Assembly (NCBI GenBank): GCA_965112735.1 | Contig: OZ218958.1 | Span: 620,001-684,000, forward strand | Source: Phaeosaccion multiseriatum | Taxonomy: Eukaryota > Protista > Ochrophyta, other classes | Length of the DNA: 64,000 bases | Direction: 5' to 3' | Part shown: positions 57,917 to 64,000 of the stretch, one piece after another | Numbering within the stretch: the stretch's first letter is position 1 | How the letters are laid out: each line of letters begins with the position of its first letter | Notes under the pieces: model-generated | The model's database searches: none | What the model was told of the DNA's origin: nothing | The model's input: only the letters and a program-made list of their open reading frames with translations | Program-made: the position numbers and the translations under genes

Positions 57917-59032
57917 ATGTCCATCAATGAAGCAAATGAGATGACTGCGCTTACTGAAGACATCAGCTTGGTGAGTGTGTGCATGCTATGGCTGCTATTT
58001 ACGAATTTCCGAAGTTTGTCCCAAAATTTGTTCCCCTCCGTCTCTCGAATGTCTGCGTGCTTGCTTCCTCCCCCACCTCATGAGACCTGTCTCTGCTCCG
58101 TCCCTCCTTCCCTTGTTTTGTAGTTGCAAAGCACCCGCATGGAGGTCAGAGACGTGCTCACTACGCTGCAGACCTCCCAAGAGGGACTCTCGAGGAAGCT
58201 CTCAAGGGCGCGAAGGGAGCAAGAAGGGATGAACGTGGTGCCTCCACCTCACCATTGTCCAGCCTGGCTATGTTGCTTACTACCCTGCATTCTGAACTCA
58301 AACATCATGGCACAGTTTGCGAAGGTCACTCCTGAGGTGAGAAGGGGGAAGAATTTCGCGCTATTATCAATATGCACTCACTTCTCTCCCCATTTGTGGC
58401 GTGTGCGTATGCACGCGCATCCAATGCAGTGCCTTTGTCTTACCTATTTGTCTGGGCCATCCCTTTTGCACCTTTCACACACCAAACGAACTGCCTGAGC
58501 TCAGGACTGCGAAGTCATAGTAGGCTCTCAATGGGTACGAATGGATGCCGCGAGTCTGGTGCGGGGAGACATTGTCAGACTGCGAGCCGGAGAGGTGTGC
58601 CCAGCGGATGTCCGCCTGATTGAGTGCCCCGCTCAGACCTCGCCTTTCCGTTACGACTTACGCAATTTTTCCGGAGAGGGCGTCATTACGGGACACACCG
58701 GCGCACTCCACTCCTCCTCCTCCTCCTCCTCCTTCTCCTCCTCCTCCTCCTCCTTCTCCACCACGACCTCCACCTCCCCCTCCGCCGGTCCCTCTCCGTC
58801 CTTCGGCCCACCCCTAGTGTCTTCCCCGCTGAGTACGCGCGTCAAGCTTCACAGCAGCACGGAGCGTTTTGGAGGGGAGAGCACCCGAGGCGGCAGAGGC
58901 GGCGGGTACGATAACGCGGTGGCTATGGGAGCGCTGGTGACGGAAGGTGCGGCACTCGCAGTTGTGGTGGCCACAGGGCGGCGAACGGAGCTAGCTGAGA
59001 GAATCAGAAGAGGGTTGTGGCCGGCCAGGTGA
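57917..59032 (+). CDS. Short P-type-ATPase-derived protein (cation ATPase N-terminal plus actuator domain only), 3 exons, ~264 aa
   Basis: Exons 57917-57970, 58124-58336 and 58505-59032 are in frame; LQTSQEGLS...GMN; SLVRGDIVRLRAGEVCPADVRLI; GALVTEGAALAVVVATGRRTEL. Confidence 0.75.
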
Positions 59033-61071
59033 GAGGTGCACGAGCTCGAGATGATAGAGGAGGGCTGGACTTCGATATCAATCACCGCCAAGCATCAATC
59101 AGCCCCAGAGCCAGACTTCAGCCGGCCAGTGAGCCACCTCTCCTGGTTTCATTCCATCTTATCCCATCCCATCCCATCCCTGAGCTGTTCTGAAGTGTGG
59201 TGCGGCTGTGTGCAATGTGGGGGTTGGTGGAGGAGAGCATCACCCCCACGCCACTCTCGCGGCTCGACTCACGCGGGAACAAGGCGAGAGAGAGGGAGAG
59301 AGAGAGAGAGAGAGAGAGGAGGGGGGAGAGAGAGAGGAAGAGAGAGAGAGCCTTCGACTACCGAGACGGAAGGATAGCACCGCATGGCTGCTGCACCTCA
59401 CTCTTCAATGCTCAGCCTGGAATTGGGGCTGGCGGCACGGGGTTAAGCAAAAGGCTGATGCGAGAGAGGCAGGCACTTGGATGACGATACGATTGCCCTG
59501 TCGCGTCTACTCTTAGCGGAGCCCTTTGGTGGATGAATTACGGCGAGCCGCCTTAGACACACAGGCATGCACTGTCCATACGGGCATTCGCATGTCACTA
59601 AGCCACCCCTTTACTGTGTCGGGGAGGGAAGGCTGGACCGCTTGCAGCCACTGATGGGGTGCACTTCACTTGCAAAAGGCGGAGCAGCAAGCACCCTCGA
59701 GCACCTGGTCTGGGGGAGTTGGCTGTGCGGTGTCTGGTGCGTTCGATTCGCCTTTGGTGAGCCACGGCATGACGAGGCTGAGGCTGCCTCACTCTGAGTG
59801 AGTGACTGAGTGTACCGACTGTGCAGGGTTAGGCCGTACCTCCTTCCTCTGCCTTCCCCCTTACTCCCATAAGGTGGAGTATGACGTCATCTCGGCCAGG
59901 CCGGGCCGGGCCCAGCCAGACGATTCAATGAAACGAGTCGAGAGAAGGAGGAAGGTTGTATACCTGCGCAAACCGATTGCCACCGAACCGAGCGCCGCCG
60001 CTGAAGAAGTACTGGTTTGGGGGGCACGACTGGCTTGATACATGTAGCGACACCGGATCAACAGTCCGAAAAGCCTTTTTTACCATCAAATCAGCAGTGC
60101 TTGAGGTTGGACTGTTGACGAGAAGCAGCGTAGGAGGAGCAGGAGGGAGAAGGCAGCAGGAGTAAGTCAAGAAAAGGGCGGCAGTAGTGAGAGGGAAGGG
60201 GCCGACCGGGCAGGGCAGTCAGCAGAGAGGAAGGCTCATGAGCAGATGAGTAGGAATTTCACAGCAACAGCAGCGAGGGCCCCGAGGAAGAGAAAGCAAC
60301 AGATGGAGACGGCACGGGGGGAGGAGGGGGGGAGGAGGGGGGGCGGGTGGCAGCTTGGCTTTTACACCACCGGACCACCGGTGTAGGGAGGACGGTTTCA
60401 GTTTCAGTTTGATGTAGAGACATATACCTCTTTGTGGTAGGAGAGCGTGAAGGGGGGGGGGGCAGCAGCAGGTAACTCTCGGGAAAGGAGCGCTAAGAAG
60501 CTAGAAGTCACCTTGACGGGATAAGTCCGCTCGATGGCGGAGCAAGTGAACGCAGAGTTGGGGAAGCCGGAGAGAGAAGAGGGTATGTTAATTGCAAAGA
60601 GAAGGAGAAGTTGTGGTCAAAGGGAAGGGAGGAAGCGATCGTTTCAGTTTCACTTTCACTTTCAGTTTATTGGACCCCCAAGCATAGCTGGCCCGAAAGG
60701 TATAGGAAGGAGTGGCTCGCTAATTGAGAAAGAAGGAGATAGAAAGGAAAGAGAAGAGCACGATGTTTGAAATCGATCGATTTTTGAGAACGCGGGGCAT
60801 CCATTTTTTTGGGGAATTACCATTTTGTCCGGGTAGATTTTTGCACTTTTGCTCAACGCCTCAACTCCAGCCTCGTGCTAATGCAGCAGGGGCGCAGGCA
60901 AAGGGAAATCGTGCCCATGATCGTTGCGTTTCTTGCTGCATAGGTTGGCCAAGAAGAGACGCGTTGCAGCGGAGCATCACGAGCACGAATGATGCCATCA
61001 AAGAGAGTGTCCAGCCCAGCGCTCGTGGGCTAACCTCTCCCTTGTAGGTTGCTGAGGAAGGGAAGAAGAGG

Positions 61072-62237
61072 ATGGTCTTTGGCGGGGACGAGACGGTGCT
61101 GGCCGAGGCTCCGACAGTAACCACAGCAGTAGCGGTAGCCCCAGAGGATGAAGCAAAAAAGAAAAAGAAGAAGAGCCTCCCGAAGCCCAGCAGCATCCTG
61201 TCCTCGTCCGTGGCAGCCGCTGCCGGAGCGGCGGGAGGCGTCCTTCGGGTAGCCAGAAAAGATAATACTAAGGAGGGCGGGCGGTCTGGGGGGAGGGAAG
61301 CATTGGGCGTGGTTGAGGGCGGGCATGCCCAACTTGGGGAAGGGGAGTTGCTGGAGGTTTGTGCGGGCCCTCTGAGCGCTCAACAACCGTCGCAACAGCC
61401 GGTGGCGCAGCCTCCCGAGCGGCAGGAGCAGTCACCGAGACAGCAGAAGCAGCAGCAGCGAGAGCAGAAACAGAGACAGCACAACCTACACCACCACTTT
61501 TCTTCTTTTCGGCACAGGGCCTCCTCCAACCCACCAACAGCAGCGGCCGCCGTTCTGCTGGGCGGGGATGGTGGCCCCGTGGCCAGCAGAGACTTTGAGT
61601 CCACTGCCGCCGCCACCACGACTGCAACGACTACCACGGTCTCACCTGCATTGAACCGAAGCTCGTCGAGCCAGTCCCTGCACAATCCAAAGTCTTCGCC
61701 CACCTCTTTGCTTGTGCGGGAGGGTTCTACACCTTCCAAGAAGGCGTCCAAGAGTAGACGGCTTAAGCAGTGGGTCAAGTCCAAGGGGAAGGGGGGCGGC
61801 AAGGGGGCGGTTGTGTCGAGCAAGAAGAAGAGGCGGACCCGGGCCGCTGCTGATGCAGTGGTGGCAGCGGGTCGCTCGGTCGTCTCGAGGAAGAAAAAGA
61901 GATCCAGAGCGGCGGCTGATGCCATGGCTGCGGCTGCGGGGCGGCGGGAGCGGAACCAGTTGCTTCCGGGAGGAGGAGGAGGAGGTATGAGGGGGGAGGA
62001 TGAAAGGTACACTGAGGTTTATGGGAGGGAGTTTCGGGTGGTGATGGGAGGAGAGGACGACGAGGACGAAGAAGGCACCAGCAGCGAGGAAGAGGACGAA
62101 GATGATGATCATGTCGATTACGGCGACGAGGAGGAGGAGTACATACGGAGGAGACGTGCGCTCAGTGAGCAGCACCATCGGGAAGAGGGCGGCGATAGTG
62201 GCGACTCGGGGGAGGAGGATCCTAGTGATGGTAGTAG

Positions 62238-62269
<32 letters not shown>

Positions 62270-64000
62270 TTGAGGACGATGATGATTGTGAGGACGGTGA
62301 AGGAGAGGGCTCCGAATGTTGTGGTAGTGACGGGGAGCGAGAGGAGTCAGAGGAGTCAGGGCGGTATGAAGAGGAGGAGTATCAAGGCCACCAGTCAATA
62401 CGCGTATCACCAACTGTTGCTGCTGCGTACCCGCCGCCGCCGGCGGTGGTTCTCCCCTCCAGCCGAAGGTCCGGGAAGGGAGATGTCGTGACGCCATTAG
62501 CCGAGCTTGCCAGCCCTGCCCCCAGCCGGGTGGGAGAGTATGTCAGCCCTGCAGACAGTCCCGCAGGGCCCGCAGGGGGTTATGTCAGTGACTCCGGGGT
62601 TGGTCGCTTGGTGTTTGGTGGGGGCGGTCGGACATCACCCCCCCGAGGTTTACCCTCCGAGGGGACCACCACCACCACCACTGCTCCGCCAGCTGCTACT
62701 GCTACTGCTGCTGCTGCAGCTTCCGCCGGCGGCCGAGGCTCCTCCCGCCGTAGCCCCAAGCTGATGAAGTATCGGAGGCCTTTCACCTCTCCTACGAAGC
62801 GAGCGACTGCAGCTGCAGCTGCCGCTGCCACCTCTGCTGGTGCCAGGGACAGCAACGAGGAGGAGGTGGAGGAGGAGGAGGAGGAGGAGGAGGGAGGGCA
62901 AGCGACCGGAAAGCCCCCACCACAACAACGGGGGGGATACGAGCGACAGAAGGGCACACACCACTTGCTCCCGTCAAGAGAGAGTGCGGAGATTCAGCAG
63001 GTAGTGATTGGGGTCGCTGCAGATGGCGACGGCGCAGGGGAAAAGGTGGAGGAGGAGGAGGAGGAGGGCGAGGAGGAGGAAGAGGAGCAGCTGCTGCTTG
63101 GAGAGCGTGGAATCGAACTCGCGGTGGAGGATGACCGAGGCTCTTTGTCCGAGCCTTCGGAGTGGACGGGGGATAAGTTGCTAGGAGCCACCGCCAAGAA
63201 GAAGGCGAGCAAGAGGAGGAGACTGATACTATTTGTGAAGGTAAGAGAGAGAGAGAGTGAGAGAGAGGAGAGAGAGAGAGAAAAGAGAACGAGAAATGGA
63301 GAGAATTGATACTTCCTCCTTGCCTGCTGCCCCTATCTACTCCAACTTCAACCCCCTTCATCCCCCCCCCCCCTTACCTGCCCCCCCACCAAAGTCGGGC
63401 TTTACGTCCTCCAAGGGCGGCAGCGCCTTCTCAGAGAGTGGTGGGGTAAGGCGACATCGCAAAGACAATCGTTCTTCGAGCCTGCCCGGCTCCGTGCCAG
63501 GCTCGGACGTGGAAGAAATGGAGCGCAAGCCACGGCGGAGGAGAAGGTTCAGGAGGTGGGAATATATTTACACAGACTCACAGACTGCAGACTCACTGAC
63601 TTACAAACCCAACCAGTGGGGGGGGGGGGGGGGCTGATGGGAGTTGATGATTCGCTCGTCACTGCACTGATCTAATTTGTGGTTATGGTGAGGTGTTCAC
63701 GATACATATATATATAGTCGCCACCTTCACCCCTCTCCTCCTTTGCAACGCAATATGTCTGTAGTTTTAGTCTCCGGGCCTTGATGCACACATCCCCCTC
63801 CCACGCCTCCCTCCTTCCCCTCTCTCTCTCCTCTGTTGTCTTGTCGGAGCAGACGAGGCAGAAAGGGGGCTCACGTCAGCAGGGCTCCGAGCATTAAATC
63901 GTCTGCCGAAGAGGAGGAAGAAGAAGAAGAAGAAGAAGAAGAAGAAGAGGGCGAGTACGATGAAAATGGGGTGCTACTGCCCAAGATCATGAAGCAGAAG
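61072..64000 (+). CDS. Low-complexity acidic/basic hypothetical protein; continues beyond the right edge
   Basis: 745-codon ORF with a donor AAG|GTAAGA at ~63240 and further exon-like segments near 63394-63555 and 63852-64000; no domain recognised. Confidence 0.55.

Noticed and set aside
1-64000. tRNA, rRNA or other structured RNA genes
   Set aside because: None recognised by eye; tRNAscan-SE and Infernal would be needed to exclude them.

Overview
Intron-rich eukaryotic nuclear DNA with abundant microsatellites; gene content suggests a stramenopile/algal-type protist (inference). Left end: the 5' part of an intronless FNIP-repeat gene (- strand, missed by the ORF track), a full-length chromodomain Ty3/gypsy element with identical 248-bp LTRs and a 4-bp TSD, and small MITEs. 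Next comes a head-to-head pair: an MFS (OFA-like) transporter and a CCDC81-like/calcyphosin EF-hand gene. The ~20.8-41.4 kb region is rearranged and duplicated. It holds an intronless 38-repeat ankyrin gene with near-identical repeats varying at binding-face positions, a multi-TM membrane gene plus a deleted copy, a tetraspanin plus truncated copies, LTR remnants, an ~840-bp (GGGA)n tract and a near-perfect 2.57-kb triplication. Right end: a large hypothetical gene, cytochrome c heme lyase with a CX9C extension, an EB1-C-terminal-like ORF, an actuator-only P-type ATPase-like gene and a low-complexity gene running off the edge. Best leads: (1) two diversifying repeat-array proteins resembling variable receptors, (2) CCC-ended MITEs flanked by TCGA rather than TTAA, (3) a YIDN RT motif and no canonical PBS in a very young gypsy element. 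Gene models were spliced by eye, so exon boundaries are approximate.
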